Source: Diplonema japonicum
Taxonomy: Eukaryota > Protista > Euglenozoa: Diplonemea
Direction of reading: 5' to 3'
Length of the DNA: 64,000 nucleotides
Assembly: GCA_964019335.1 (NCBI GenBank)
Contig: OZ025649.1
Coordinates: 434,001 to 498,000, forward strand
Both the position numbers and the translations under genes were made by a program. The notes beneath the pieces are model-generated. The model searched no databases. It saw only the letters and a list, made by a program, of their open reading frames with translations, and had not been told where the DNA came from. Positions 10,955-23,157 of the stretch are shown in pieces. How positions within the stretch are numbered: the stretch's first letter is position 1; each line of letters begins with the position of its first letter.

Positions 10955-13435
10955 ATGCACCGAGGATGGCTGGCAGATGCCATGCACCGGGTGGGGTACA
11001 AGAGTGCAGTACCTGACGAGGCGGAGGAGGGCCTTGAGGCACATGAAATGGAAGGCCTGCGAATGTTGATAGAGGGGCTGGGATATTGCAATCAATTTAG
11101 TCAAGAAGAGCAGGCACTGTTTAAGAAACTGGAGGTTGAGGGCAAGGTGATCAAGGGGTCGGCGGGAGATGACGAGGACCCCAGGACAGAGGCAGACAGG
11201 CTGTACATGGTAACGATGACACAGCGGAAGGTGCTGGACAGGATGCAGAAGCAATGCGAGACGCTTGCCAGACAGCGGGCGCAGTTCTCCAAAATGGCTG
11301 ATGAGTGCCAACGGGACATTGCAAGCCTTACCCAGGAAGTAGAGAACACGGAGAATTGCCTTGAGTCTATCTATTCTGAGTGCATAGCGAACCTACAGTC
11401 CTTCGAGCAGGAATGTGCAAACACTTCCCGTGCCCTTGCTGCAGGTACCGTTCAGGACAAGAACGTGTTGTGTTGTTTCAACGATGTCTCTGAGCTCGAG
11501 GAGGGCTCCGTCAGGTTCGGTAGACGTACTGCAGAAACAGCAGAACGGCTTATCAAGAGTATTGGGGACGCAGAGGGGCTCCAGGCCTTTACTGAGCACC
11601 AAAAGGAGCTCTCTCGACTGCACGACAGCCACGTCATGTCCCAGTTTGGGTTAATCTTTGCCGAGTCAGAGCAAGCTTCCGCGGAAGCAGAACTGGAGTT
11701 CCTCAAAAGCGTTGCGTTGCACGGGAATCCTGACGTCACCTGCTCGCCCGACGATCTGCGTTCCACCATAGCTGCTGAGAAGTCACAAACCGACACCATG
11801 AAGGACGCCATCAAAAGCAGGTCCCGTGAGATCCTCAGGTCCGTCCAAACCAAGTGGCTGAATCCCATCGCCCCCTCGGTCATGAAGTCTCTTGAGATTG
11901 AAGAGTCGCGTCTCAACAGTCACATTGAGGCACTGGACGACGTGCTGTACTTCCAAAGGCAGTGGTACGCCGTCGAGGTTGTGGCAAGAGGGTGGCTGGC
12001 TAGGGAGGCAAAGGGTGCCGAGATGGTGCGGGCTTCTGTCGAGTCGTGCATGGAGATCATTGAGAACCACTGCGACTTGGCAGGCAGCCTCTCCGATGCT
12101 AAGATGAACGCGAGCCCTGGGAGGGCGCAGAACTTTGAAGACTTGATCTACAAGCTAGACCCCGCGTCAGGGTTTGGGGCGGCGACGTTGGGAGAGGCAG
12201 CAGATTTGCTGACACGCGACTTAAGCATACTGGAAGACGCTTTGGCACGGTACCCTATTGAGGACAGGGCTACTGACACCACTTTGTCGGAGGCTTTCAG
12301 ACAGCTCCTGACATGCCTTGACAGCAAGCGGGATGCTGACCCCGTGGAACTCAACATGGTGGTGCCACAGACGTATTTCCAGAGCGACCTCGACATCCTG
12401 AAGGAAGAGGTCGATGAGTCCAGTAAGCGCCTGCTCCGAGCAATGGACAAGGTGGAGAAAGCAAAGTCTTCTGTGGACAAGTCTTGGGCCACAAAGCTTG
12501 ATATAAAACCCCGTTCGAACAGCTATCCAGACGAAGTCGTGACGCTTGACCACTTCAAGCGACCGCAGCAGAGCCCGCCGAAGAGCACCGAGCGGCACTA
12601 CAACCGCAGCCCTCCTAGAAGCGCCTCTCCGAAAAGTGCCTCACCACACCAAGCGCTGGACATGAGCATCGGCAGTCATAGGACCACAGTGCACTACGAG
12701 GCGCACGCATCTCCTGGTGGTGAGAGCGTAGAACACTGGAGTCCGCAGGCAGAACAAGATGCGAGCATGGATGCGCACCTTCGTAGCACGCCTCCCAGAG
12801 ATACGTACATGGTGAAGCATAGCAGCCCCGCAAGGGTCACAGATAGAAGCATGGAAGGAAGGTACAGCGAAGCAGTGGACAGAAGCATGGGGCAGTACAG
12901 CGTGAAAGAGAGCCCTTCAAATATAAACCAAACTATGGAGAGTAGGTATAGTTTGAAGGAGAGTCCTGTGACCATGGAAAGGAGCATGGAGAGCAGGTAC
13001 AGCGACATGGAGAACAGTAGGTACACTGTGCAAGAGGTAGGCCGGGGTTTGGAGGATCATAGCATAAACAGCCCGCAGCGGCCTGTGGATATGAGCATGG
13101 GGAGTAGTTTGAACCACAATAGCCCTCCAAGGAGAGGACACGACTCAAGGAACGACTGGGTGATGGACAAGCGTGGAAGCAGGAGCCCTGACAGAGGCGC
13201 AGACAGTGCGTACAAGAGCCCCTCAAAGAGTCCTCCAAGGATACACCAACTGCCCGCTAAGGTTATCACCAAACCTTCCAGAAATAACCCAAGCCACCAG
13301 CAACCACAGAGCTTCAAACCTGGTTCTGCCCCTCCGGTAAGAATGCCGTCGTTCCTCCTCCGACCTGACGGGACACGCATGTCGCCTACGGAGTACAGAG
13401 AGCGGAATATGAAACTTATGCAAAAGTTCAACTAG
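10955..13435 (+). CDS. Probable augmin subunit HAUS3-like protein with a long Ser/Pro-rich repetitive C-terminus
   Basis: N-terminal ..MHRVGY.., NQFSQEEQALFKKLEVEGKVI and QKELSRLHDSHVMSQFGLIFAESEQASAEAELEFL resemble HAUS3 N-domain motifs (recognised by eye). About 830-codon uninterrupted ORF. Confidence 0.55.
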   Translation: MHRGWLADAMHRVGYKSAVPDEAEEGLEAHEMEGLRMLIEGLGYCNQFSQEEQALFKKLEVEGKVIKGSAGDDEDPRTEADRLYMVTMTQRKVLDRMQKQCETLARQRAQFSKMADECQRDIASLTQEVENTENCLESIYSECIANLQSFEQECANTSRALAAGTVQDKNVLCCFNDVSELEEGSVRFGRRTAETAERLIKSIGDAEGLQAFTEHQKELSRLHDSHVMSQFGLIFAESEQASAEAELEFLKSVALHGNPDVTCSPDDLRSTIAAEKSQTDTMKDAIKSRSREILRSVQTKWLNPIAPSVMKSLEIEESRLNSHIEALDDVLYFQRQWYAVEVVARGWLAREAKGAEMVRASVESCMEIIENHCDLAGSLSDAKMNASPGRAQNFEDLIYKLDPASGFGAATLGEAADLLTRDLSILEDALARYPIEDRATDTTLSEAFRQLLTCLDSKRDADPVELNMVVPQTYFQSDLDILKEEVDESSKRLLRAMDKVEKAKSSVDKSWATKLDIKPRSNSYPDEVVTLDHFKRPQQSPPKSTERHYNRSPPRSASPKSASPHQALDMSIGSHRTTVHYEAHASPGGESVEHWSPQAEQDASMDAHLRSTPPRDTYMVKHSSPARVTDRSMEGRYSEAVDRSMGQYSVKESPSNINQTMESRYSLKESPVTMERSMESRYSDMENSRYTVQEVGRGLEDHSINSPQRPVDMSMGSSLNHNSPPRRGHDSRNDWVMDKRGSRSPDRGADSAYKSPSKSPPRIHQLPAKVITKPSRNNPSHQQPQSFKPGSAPPVRMPSFLLRPDGTRMSPTEYRERNMKLMQKFN
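12840..13030 (+). repeat. Degenerate coding tandem repeat (xSMExRYS units)
   Basis: DRSMEGRYS / DRSMGQYS / QTMESRYS / ERSMESRYS / DMENSRYT; nucleotide motif agcatgga..aggtacag recurs. Confidence 0.7.
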
Positions 13436-13828
13436 ATGTTATAGAAACTAGAATCCCCCCCCCCCCCCCCATGTAGTTTAGATTTTCTTTCCTCTTTATT
13501 GGGAGGTGATGTCTTTACCCCGCCTTTGCGAGAAAAAAAGACAAATTATTAGCACTTTTATCCCCCCCTTTCTTTCCTTCATCGTGTTTCCCCTCGTAAC
13601 CTCTTTTTTGTTGTCCGAGTTTCTTTTTTTTCTTTAAAACACACCAGGCAGGGGAGGGGTGGTAGGGGGGAGCTTTTCGTCGATTTTATTTTCTGGCAAA
13701 GAGCACTCTCCCCCGTTCTCCTAAAAGGTTAAATCAGTCCCCTGAGTGGCCACTGGTTTCTTCTTTTACTCATTTCCCCCTCCCCCTTTTTGTTTTCTTC
13801 CGGCATTTCCCTCTTTTTTTTTTGTAAT

Positions 13829-16272
13829 ATGAACTTCGCTCCGTTGAAAAAGATCCTGAAAAAGAAGTTTGGGGGCGAAGGCTCCCAGACAGTGGAAGAA
13901 CGGACTGCTCCACAACGGCAGGAAAGTAAGAAAGTTGTGGCAAGACACCCTGATACAGCGCACAACGGCGGAGAGAAAGGCTCTCCGAAGGATGGTTCGC
14001 CTGTGCGCACTCTGGGATCTGACCTGATGAGCTCATGGGCACTGGCTTTCGTTGTTGTAAAGTTTGACCTAGAGAAAGGTCAAGAAGTTGAAAAGGTGAT
14101 CCCAGAAGGTGCGCTTACAAAAGAGCAGGAGCACGAGATCAAATACATGTCATTTCCCGACTCGAACTCGCACATCGTGTACGACACTTGCTACGTCATA
14201 AAACCTAAGCGAGCAAGCTCGAAGACAAGGTTCAACTATGGCTATGTGTATTTCCGGCAAAAGCAGGACAGAACCCTCGCGAGAGGGTACATTCAGCATT
14301 CGCTTGTTCTTGTGTCGCGGTGGCCGTTCGCAGGGCTTCTTGAACAGATTGTCAAGCAGGTCTCACAGCAGTTCTTCTCGCTGTGTCCTGTTTCGCCCAC
14401 CCCCGTCACATGCAATGTCCGGTCTACTTCCATTGTAATTCAGAACGAGATGGGGATATCCTATGCGGCGATGGGCAGCCGTGCTACTTCTCCCGCTCCG
14501 GGGCAGCTTCCAAGCCCGCACCTTGCGACTTCCCCAGCCCCATCGTGCACCTCGATCTGCTTCCTGTCCGATATAGACCAAGACGAGCCCGACACTATCG
14601 CCGCGCTTGTCTCCTCCACACTCGCTATCCTCTCCTACACTGCGACCACGTCTACTGAGAACCTTGAGCCGCGGTATCAACTCCTCCGCGACACCTTGCT
14701 TGAGCTCTCGAAATGGTCCCATCCCGAGGCATGCGGCGAGTACGAGCTCCCTCTTTTGGGTGGCATCGTTAAATGGCACGCACCGAGATTCACGGTTACT
14801 TCTAAAGTATGGAAGCAGCAAAACAAAACAAAAACACCACACAGCACGCCACGCTCAACTGCAGCAACAGAGATGTACAGGATCCGAAGGTGAAACGTCA
14901 CGTAGGAGACCTGAGGGCAAGGGGCAAACAGCAAGCGGAGACACACCAGTCCACAAGGCTTCTCGATAAGCTGAGCGGGACGCGGTACGTCTTCGGCGAG
15001 GTGCCACTCTTTTCCACATTCAGGTCTATCCTCCGGAAGCTTTGGCGGATGTGGGAACTGTCCATCCTCGGGGAGCCGCTGTGCATCCTCTCCCAGTCGC
15101 CAACTGTTTCCTCCTCCGCCGTCTTGGCTTACGTTTCGCTAATCCATCCTATCACGAGCTGCACAGACTTCCGGCCTTACTTCTCAGTCCAGGATTCGGA
15201 TTTCAAAGAATTTACTCGAGTGGGCAAGGATGTCCCCTTCACATACAGGGGGCCCGTTCTTGGTGTCACGAATCCGTATTTTGTTAAGGTCTTGAAACAT
15301 TGGCCGCATTTTTTGTCCTTGAATGACCATAGCGTGCCTGGGGGTGCCGAGGCCAAACGGCAGCGAGAAAAAGATATCATGAAAAAGATTCATAAGGGGG
15401 GTGGCGGCAAACGGCGGAGCACCAAAGAGCGGCTGCTATCGGACTTCAAAGAAACATTCATCAGCGAGAGGCAGTACGTCGTGAACGATACAACGGAGCA
15501 GCTGAAGCCTGTTCTGCAGCAACTGCTAGTAGGCAACGACGCGACCACCGACCAAGTGAACACAGATATTTTGAGAGAGCATTTTTTGAAGCTAACAGAC
15601 TCCTTCCTGCGTCCTATGCAGGCTTGCTTTGAGCATCTGTGGAGCACACTGAGCAGCCCACCTGTTTCGGTGAGCGATCCTGTCTTCGTGAAGACCTTCA
15701 CACCTACCGCCTTCAAGAACTACGTACGTAAGCATGGGTATGTAAAGTCGATTTTTAAGAGGGACGCGAAATCGGTACTGCTCTTCTATGAAGGGTTCGT
15801 GGACGGATGCCATTTTGGGAACTGGCTTGAAGAACGTGTTTATGAGAAGTATAAACAATCGCTGGGCGAGCTGAACGTGTCCGAGCTGACTGTCGGCATG
15901 GACGAAACAGAGCGGATAGAGATCCTCAGCAGACTGTGGACCGACCACAATATTGAAGAGAAGAAGGTGATGCGCGACCCCGAGATCCTATCACGCCTTC
16001 AAGAGCACATTGATACTATTCTGTCGGACCTGCCTGAGTACGCAAGGAAACCTGTGCTCAGACAGCACTACCGCAACGCCCTCGGATCCGGAGCAATTCT
16101 CCCTCAGTGGATGCAAGACATGCCGGTTCCAAACGAGCCGAAGCAAACAGGGCACGAAGAAGAAGAAGAAGAAGAAGCAGTCCCAACACGCCGCACCCCT
16201 GACAACTACACCCTTCAGCTCTCCGATGCGGAGTCGAGCTCCGAGTCGGGCGAGCTTGCGAACTACCAGTAG
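13829..16272 (+). CDS. DENN-domain Rab GEF, DENND6/FAM116-like (2 exons)
   Basis: VVKFDLEKGQEVE, MSFPDSNS, YGYVYFRQ..D..LARGYIQHSLV, WELSILGEP, DFRPYFSVQDSDF, LGVTNPYF. Intron 14807-14844 joins the two track ORFs. Confidence 0.88.
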
Positions 16273-16358
16273 CCCAGATAAACCCCAAGATGTGATTTCA
16301 CAGCGATTTTTATTCTAATAGTCATTATGAACACCACAGGAGGAGGCGGGGGAGGAAG

Positions 16359-18030
16359 ATGGCCGACAGGCCGAAATGGTTCCTGAAGGTGAGCACGGAC
16401 ACAGGAAAGAACTACTCCCTAGAGGTGAAGGGTGAGATATCGACTGTGACAGGGGAGATGCTGAAGCCAAAGCTGGCAGACAGCTCAGGGGTGCCGGTGG
16501 CGAAGCAGGTATGCCGAGCTGTTTTCATTCAACAAATTGCAGATATTATCGTATAAAGGGCGTGAGATCAATGACAAGGAGGCATTCGACAAGCTGGGGA
16601 TAAAACCTGACGAGGAACTGGTGCTGACAAAGAAGGTGCCGGAGACGAAGTACTACCTGGAGATGCTTACCGATGCGATACTGTCGTTCGACACGGTGGT
16701 GAGCGAAGCGGGCGGGATTGAGGAGGCCGCAGGACTCGCCGACGAGGCGAAGGTCAGCTTACAGAAAGAACTGAGCAGAAAAGTGAGAGCGATGAAAAAA
16801 CACCTCAAGAACCTTCAAGAGGAACTAGGGTGCTGCACGAACACAGAGGCCACCGACGTCCAGTTCAACGCAGAGGCGCAGAAGGTACTGGACAGGGAAC
16901 ACCAGTACTCAATAATCACTGGCGAGGTTGCGTCTCCACACTTCCAAGCGTCCCAATGCAGCAGTTCCCCTAGCGAGGTAGACCCTTTGCTCACATATCC
17001 GAGTAAGGTCTACCTCCCACCTATCATGGAGAACTTCTATAAGCGTGCCCATGGGATCTACACTCTTGTCGAGAGCGTGCGAAGGCTTGCCGACTCAAGC
17101 CCCATCGCGGGGAAACTCACACGTGCGTCTGTAGACGTCGTGATCCTGAACGACGACGTTGCGTCGAGCACAACGGCGAACGGGATACAGAAGGTGGTCA
17201 TGACATCGATCCTTCTGGACATGAAGCTTCTGCTTGTGAAGACTATCAGACAGTTCATCATGTTGTCCACCAGCATGGCCACATCTGTCACAGACGAGTT
17301 CGACGAGGCGGAGTTCGTCACTGCTTTCGCCAACAAACTGCCCACCAGCAGAGTGGGCACTGAACACACCGACGTGGTTGAGTTCCTTGTGGCGTTGGAT
17401 AAGGGTGTCATCGAGAAACAAGTCGCGTTGCGTATTCTGACATTCATGGCAGGGTTTGTCGAGGAAACGGCGCAGAGCCCGGAACAGGCGCAGCCCCAAG
17501 GCGAGGTTGAGAAGCCTACGCCGGTGGAAATGCCGCCCCCTGCTCATGCACCTCCTGCAATGAAGGAAACAACTAAAGAGCAGGTGAAGGAAACCGAGGA
17601 GGGTGAAACAACAGACGAAATTGACACAACACAAGTGGTCGACGCACTCAAAGAGGGTATGTGCTGCAGAGGAGAAAAACACACACCCCCCCCCCCCCCC
17701 CCCCCCCCCAGGAGATATCTGGCGTGCACGTCTGATACTGTTTTACCTGCACTACCGCCCCAACAACCTTGGCAGCGTCGACCGGATACTGCATGAGTAC
17801 AAGGGCTCTGAAGACAAACTCTTTTGTCACTTATTCGACAAATACAGAACGGCTGACGTGGAGAAGGAAGAATTGCATGTATGTGGCATACTTTGTTGTA
17901 TCATAATCTTTTACAGGGCAAGCTTCTCGCCATCGCCAAGAAGCATGGTATCAGCACCAAGCCAGCCCCTCAAGAACCAGGCCGCACAGCGCCAGAAGAA
18001 AATACTGACGGCGGCTGCAGCGTGATGTGA
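16359..18030 (+). CDS. Ubiquitin-like N-terminal domain protein with C-terminal CaaX box (4 exons)
   Basis: UBL pattern (LKPKLADSSGVPVAKQILSYKGREIND). Introns 16509-16542, 17657-17711 and 17879-17916 give a frame containing RLILFYLHYRPNNLGSVDRILHEYKGSEDKLF..LFDKY and ending GGCSVM*. Confidence 0.75.
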
Positions 18031-18622
18031 GTGTTGTACACTTTTTTTTTCTTAAAACCCTTATTTTTTTTTTCCCCCCTTCATTCCCCTTTGTTAAGGT
18101 CGCCAGATGGGGGGTCCTGCTACCTGCATCTTCCCTCCTTTGGCTCCCTTTCTGGGTTTAAAAAAAAAAAAATAAAATAAAATAATAAAAAAAAAAAAAG
18201 GTGGGAGAAAAGGAGAGGGGAAAAGGAGAATTGTGGGTTTGCGAGTGGGGAGGAACCTTATCCATTTAATATTTTAAATTTACTTTTACTTACAGCATAT
18301 ATTGTGGGTGCAAAGGAGAACGGAGAGAGGGAGGATTATTTTTTTTTTTTCCACCTTCATTATCTCTCTCTATTTTTTTAACCGTTTTTAACCGTTAAGT
18401 ATGCAGGAGGAGAGACACCTCAAGAAAATGGTGAAGGGGGGGGAAATGGGGGGGGGGGAATTTCATATGGTAATTCTTTTTTTTTTTTTTTCCTTATTCT
18501 TTTTTTTTTTTCTTTTTCCCCCCTCTTCCTGCCCCCCCCCCCCCTTTTCCCCCCACGTTTTTTTTTTTCTTTTTTTTTTCTTAGAGGGGAAAAAAAAAAC
18601 TCGAAGTACACAAAAAAAAAAA

Positions 18623-19429
18623 ATGTGGACGGCAGTCGTCATACTTATGGCATACGCAACAGGGGAAGGAAAGCCTTTAAAAGCAGTGTGTGTGGACAAC
18701 GGATCCCTCATCGGCGCCTGCAGAGAAGGCTTGGTCTGCGGGCATGACGATGATAACCCGACCGAGAATGTGAACACTTGCAAAGCCGTCTCCACAAAAA
18801 ACCCAATCGGCTGTGTCACACCTGAAGCAGGCGCGCTGCAGGTTGGCGTAACATATAACAACTGCAAATGCCTGAAAAATAACCGCACACAGCACATACC
18901 CACCAGCACAGCACCACACCGACTTCTTAAACCCCAAAGCGTGTGCAGAGTGACAAACCGAACATATGGGGTGTGCCAGCATGAATGCGCTGCACCGTAT
19001 CATGGAGCCTGGTACCATGTTTGTCATCCAGTTGCACTTCCATTTCAACCCCCTTGTAATGATGGCAACACGATACGGATGCCAGGGGACTCTTACAGAA
19101 AAGACTGTAAAGCGTGTGTGTGCTGGAAGGGTGTGGAGAGGTGCGTGCGCAGTCCTGTGCCTTGTTACACCGAGGCGTACAATTGTGACATGGGCCATGG
19201 TTTGAGTGTCATCCCGTGGACAGACCGCCACCTGGAGTGGTGTTGCAATCAACAACGTTACGGTTTGAACAAGCCTGGTGAAGGCAGTGCGGGTTGGTTC
19301 CCGTCTTCCACCTTGTTCACGGTGATCTTTTTTACTACCTTTGCAGCCGGTCTCATAATTGTTCTAACTCTGGTCGTCTTGGCAGCTAGGACCGAGACAC
19401 CATTACCCCTTATTTCGACCCGTGTTTAA
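18623..19429 (+). CDS. Cysteine-rich type I membrane/surface protein
   Basis: Signal peptide MWTAVVILMAYATG, many Cys including a CKACVC VWC-like cluster, C-terminal TM helix (LFTVIFFTTFAAGLIIVLTLVVLAA). Confidence 0.75.
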   Translation: MWTAVVILMAYATGEGKPLKAVCVDNGSLIGACREGLVCGHDDDNPTENVNTCKAVSTKNPIGCVTPEAGALQVGVTYNNCKCLKNNRTQHIPTSTAPHRLLKPQSVCRVTNRTYGVCQHECAAPYHGAWYHVCHPVALPFQPPCNDGNTIRMPGDSYRKDCKACVCWKGVERCVRSPVPCYTEAYNCDMGHGLSVIPWTDRHLEWCCNQQRYGLNKPGEGSAGWFPSSTLFTVIFFTTFAAGLIIVLTLVVLAARTETPLPLISTRV

Positions 19430-20032
19430 TTTTGCAAAAAAAAAAAAAGAAAAAAGAAAATGATATATTCTCCCCTTGCTCTATTGCCGCTCACCCTTTT
19501 TTTTTTTTTTTCTTCTTCTTTTTTTTTTTCCCTTTCTTGCTGTCTCATGGTAGTTGCGGAAAACGTTTAAAATTCGTTTAGAACCTTTTGGGAAACTGGA
19601 ACAGTTCGTTCCCCCCCTCCCACTCCCTTACTCTTTTTTTTTTTTTTTTTGTTTTTGTTTTATTTCATTCACGGTACTGCAATAGGTCCTTGATTGTAAA
19701 CAGCTAGAAGAAATGTCTTTTTTTTTTTTTTTCCCTTCCTCTCATACCGCTCTGTTTCTTCCCTCTCTCTTCTTTGGCTATCCTGCCGTGAGAAAACTGC
19801 AAACTTGACCCCCTAAGTTCGGGGATATGCTCAAAAAAACGGGCTGTGAACATTTCGAAAACCTGGGGGGGTCAAGTTAGCACTACACCCTTCTTCTTTT
19901 GATTTTTTTTATTTTTTTTTATATAAACATGACGACATCATTTAAAACTGAATTATAAAGAAAAAGGGAGGAGGGGGAATAAAAGAAGAAGAAGAAAAAA
20001 AAAACCTAGAAAGGTAAGCCGAAGACGAGAGG

Positions 20033-20115
20033 ATGTTGTCAAGTGAGACTAGGGCAAGCGAGGTGAGTGGAGGAAGTGTGAGTAAAGGAAGCGGGGATGA
20101 AGAATGGTACACCCC

Positions 20116-20159
<44 letters not shown>

Positions 20160-22366
20160 CACAACAACTATCCAAACACAGTACTACAGCAAATAGTGGC
20201 AGTTCTAGGTTGTCACGCCCAACAGCGAATATAGCAAAATACGTGGCGCGGGCTTCAAGAGAAAAGGTAAATGAGAAAGGGGAGGGGGAAAATGAAAAGA
20301 AATCGCAGAAATCAAGCATATTTGACTTAACCGACCACCTGGAGAGCGAACGAGATTACGGCACACCCCCAGACCAATCCTCCATGTGTATCATCCCTTC
20401 TTCTGACCCCACTGTGAGCAACGATCCAGTGATCTTAGAGGCTGCTTTCCTCAAACACCAGCACCCAGCCGACCTCTCGCCCCCTAAGCCCAGCGAGATC
20501 AAAAATTTTATTTCAGGAGACAGCAAAGTCCTTGTCCTTTACGCCTCAGGATCGGTGGGGCTTCAAAAGGACGAGACGAACTCATACCGCCCTTGCAAGG
20601 GGAACCTTCTGCAAACCATTAAGTCCTTCCCGATGCTATACGACAAGGGCAGCTGGAGCAAAGACGACGGAGTGTTGAGCACACCTCCCTCCTACTATGG
20701 GAAGCGTGTGCATTACGAGCTGAAAGAGATGGACCCCATTATCGACAGTGCCTGCATGGACATGCATGACTGGGTGAAGCTGGCACATGAGGTTGCGGAT
20801 GAGTACGACAAGTACGACGGCTTCGTGATCTTGCACGGGACCGACACCATGACCTACACCGCCGCCGCCCTGTCATTCATGCTTGAACACATAGGGAAGA
20901 CTGTCATCTTCACAGGCGGGCTTGTCCCCCTGTGCGAGCCTCGCAACGACTCCCTCAACAACCTCCTGGACGCCATCACCATTGCCGGCCACTTCGTCAT
21001 CCCCGAAGTCTGCATCTGCTACGGTGGCAAGCTCATGCGTGGCTGCCGTGCGGTGAAGAAGTCCTCCTCCGACAGCAACAGCCTCTTCGACTCCCCCAAC
21101 TGCGGCATCCTTGGCAAGGCCACCCTCAACATCGACATTGACTGGAGGGGTGTCAGGCAGCCCAACTCGATGTCGAGGCTGAAGCTGCACACAGCCTTGT
21201 GCCCCGACGTAGCAGTCTTGCATCTTTTCCCAGGTATCACTATCTCTGCTGTGAAAGCGGTGCTGCAGCCTCCCGTCAGGGGTGTGGTCCTCAGGACATT
21301 CGGGAGCGGGACAGCCCCGTCTGTTCGACATGACATTCTTCAAGCCCTTAAGAACGCAGCGTCAAGGGGTATTGTGATCATCAGCGTGTCGCAGTGTATG
21401 GAGGGCACTGTGTCGCTGGAGATGGGACGGGCTCTCATGCGGGTGGGCGTGGTGCCTGGCGTCGACATGACAGTAGAGTGCGCTCTGGTGAAACTGTCGT
21501 TCCTGCTGGGCGTGTGCAAGAACGGGTCGACGGAGACAGTCAGCAAGCTGCTGACGCAGGACCTGCGGGGCGAGCTGACCGTGTCGGTCGCTGACAGGTT
21601 CAACGCAGGGTCCGACGAGTTTTTGTCAAAACTGAGCTCGGCAATGGACGTGAGCTCTGAAGGGGAGGGGGAGGACCTGCGGGACTATCTGAACAGCATC
21701 GTGATGTGCAACGCAGCGCAGTCAGGAGACCTGAGCAGCATGAAGATGCTGGTGGAGTCCGAGGCAGGGTGGCAGGTCGATGTGCAGGACTATGACTCAC
21801 GAACACCACTCCACATCGCAGCAGCAAGTGGGCACTCCCATGTTGCGGAGTATTTGATAACAAAAGGCGCACGAGTGCACCATAAAGACAGGCAAGGACA
21901 CACTCCACTTGTGCAGGCAGTGCTTTGCGGAAATGCAGAAACGGCAGCGACAATATCGCAAGCAGGAGGGGTACTGGGCCTCGTGAACAGCAAGGTTCAT
22001 GAGTATATAAATCAAGCAATAATCTCGAAGGACCCAGCACAGGTGCAGCTGTTTCTTACGTACGGAGCTGACCTTGAACCTGCTGACTTCTCAAAGGCAC
22101 CACCTTTGCACCTTGCGGTCCAGCAAGGCAATCTTGAAATTGTCAAGCTTCTAATAAATTCCGGAAAATGTGACCTCAACAACAGGGACTGGTGGGGATA
22201 CACCCCTGTAGACATTGCTCGGGAGGCTCAGTCTCGCTCCCCTGAGCCTGGGTGCTACATTTACGAAGCCATCTGCGACCTCCTCCAGCAAACATTAGCT
22301 TCTCAAGACGACACTAATATCGCTGGGCTCGAAATTGAAATGGCGGGTGACACCATCGATACTTAG
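20033..22366 (+). CDS. Type I L-asparaginase / lysophospholipase with C-terminal ankyrin repeats (ASPG-like)
   Basis: YDGFVILHGTDTMTY, RGVVLRTFGSG and DMTVECALVKL asparaginase motifs, followed by ankyrin repeats (DYDSRTPLHIAA, GHTPL, PPLHLAV, WGYTPVD). Start codon and the poly-A segment near 20120 are uncertain. Confidence 0.9.
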
Positions 22367-23036
22367 GGCGGCAAGGGGGCGGGGGGGGGGGGAAGGATTT
22401 GCCTGAAAGGATTCTTTTTTTGTTTTCTCTTTACATTTGAAACATTTTCATTCCCAGACACCGCACCCCCCCCTTTTTTTTCTTAGATCAGTTCTCCCGC
22501 TATTTGTCACAAATCAGTGCCCGCATGTTTTTTTCAGGATATCCTGAAACAAATACCTTGGAGGGGGGTTGCTCCAGTCGTTGTGTGTCATTGCAGAATT
22601 TTTCCCAAAGAATGTACATGGCACAAAATAACGGGGGACTGATCGTAGAGATTATTATTTTTTTTTTTAATTAAGTCAAAGGAATGTAGAATTTACAACA
22701 AAAAAAGGGAGGGGTACGAAAAGATGCAGAAAAGAAAAAAAGAAAGAGAAGAAGAGAAAGAAAAAACGACAGGGCGGTGGGAAATACCTAAGGGACCAAA
22801 AAACTATTTTCATTTTTTTTTCGTTTCCTCCCTTCCCTCCTGGGTTTTTCTCATCTCTTTGTTTCCTATTTAGAACTAAACAAAAAAAAGAAGGGGGGGG
22901 AAGGGGTGTACAAAGCTTCTACTCGGAAAACAAACGGTCGGTCCTTCTTTTTTTTTTTTTTTTTTTGCCTTTTATTTCTTACTTTCCCTATCTGGTTTCC
23001 CCCTCCCTTCCCCTTTCGCCTTATTCTATGCCCAAA

Positions 23037-23067
<31 letters not shown>

Positions 23068-23157
23068 GTTGTTGTTGTTGCCTTAAAGGTCCCCATCATT
23101 CTCATGTTAATCAACAAAGCAAAGCAAAGCAAAGCAAAGCAAAGCAACGACAAAAAA

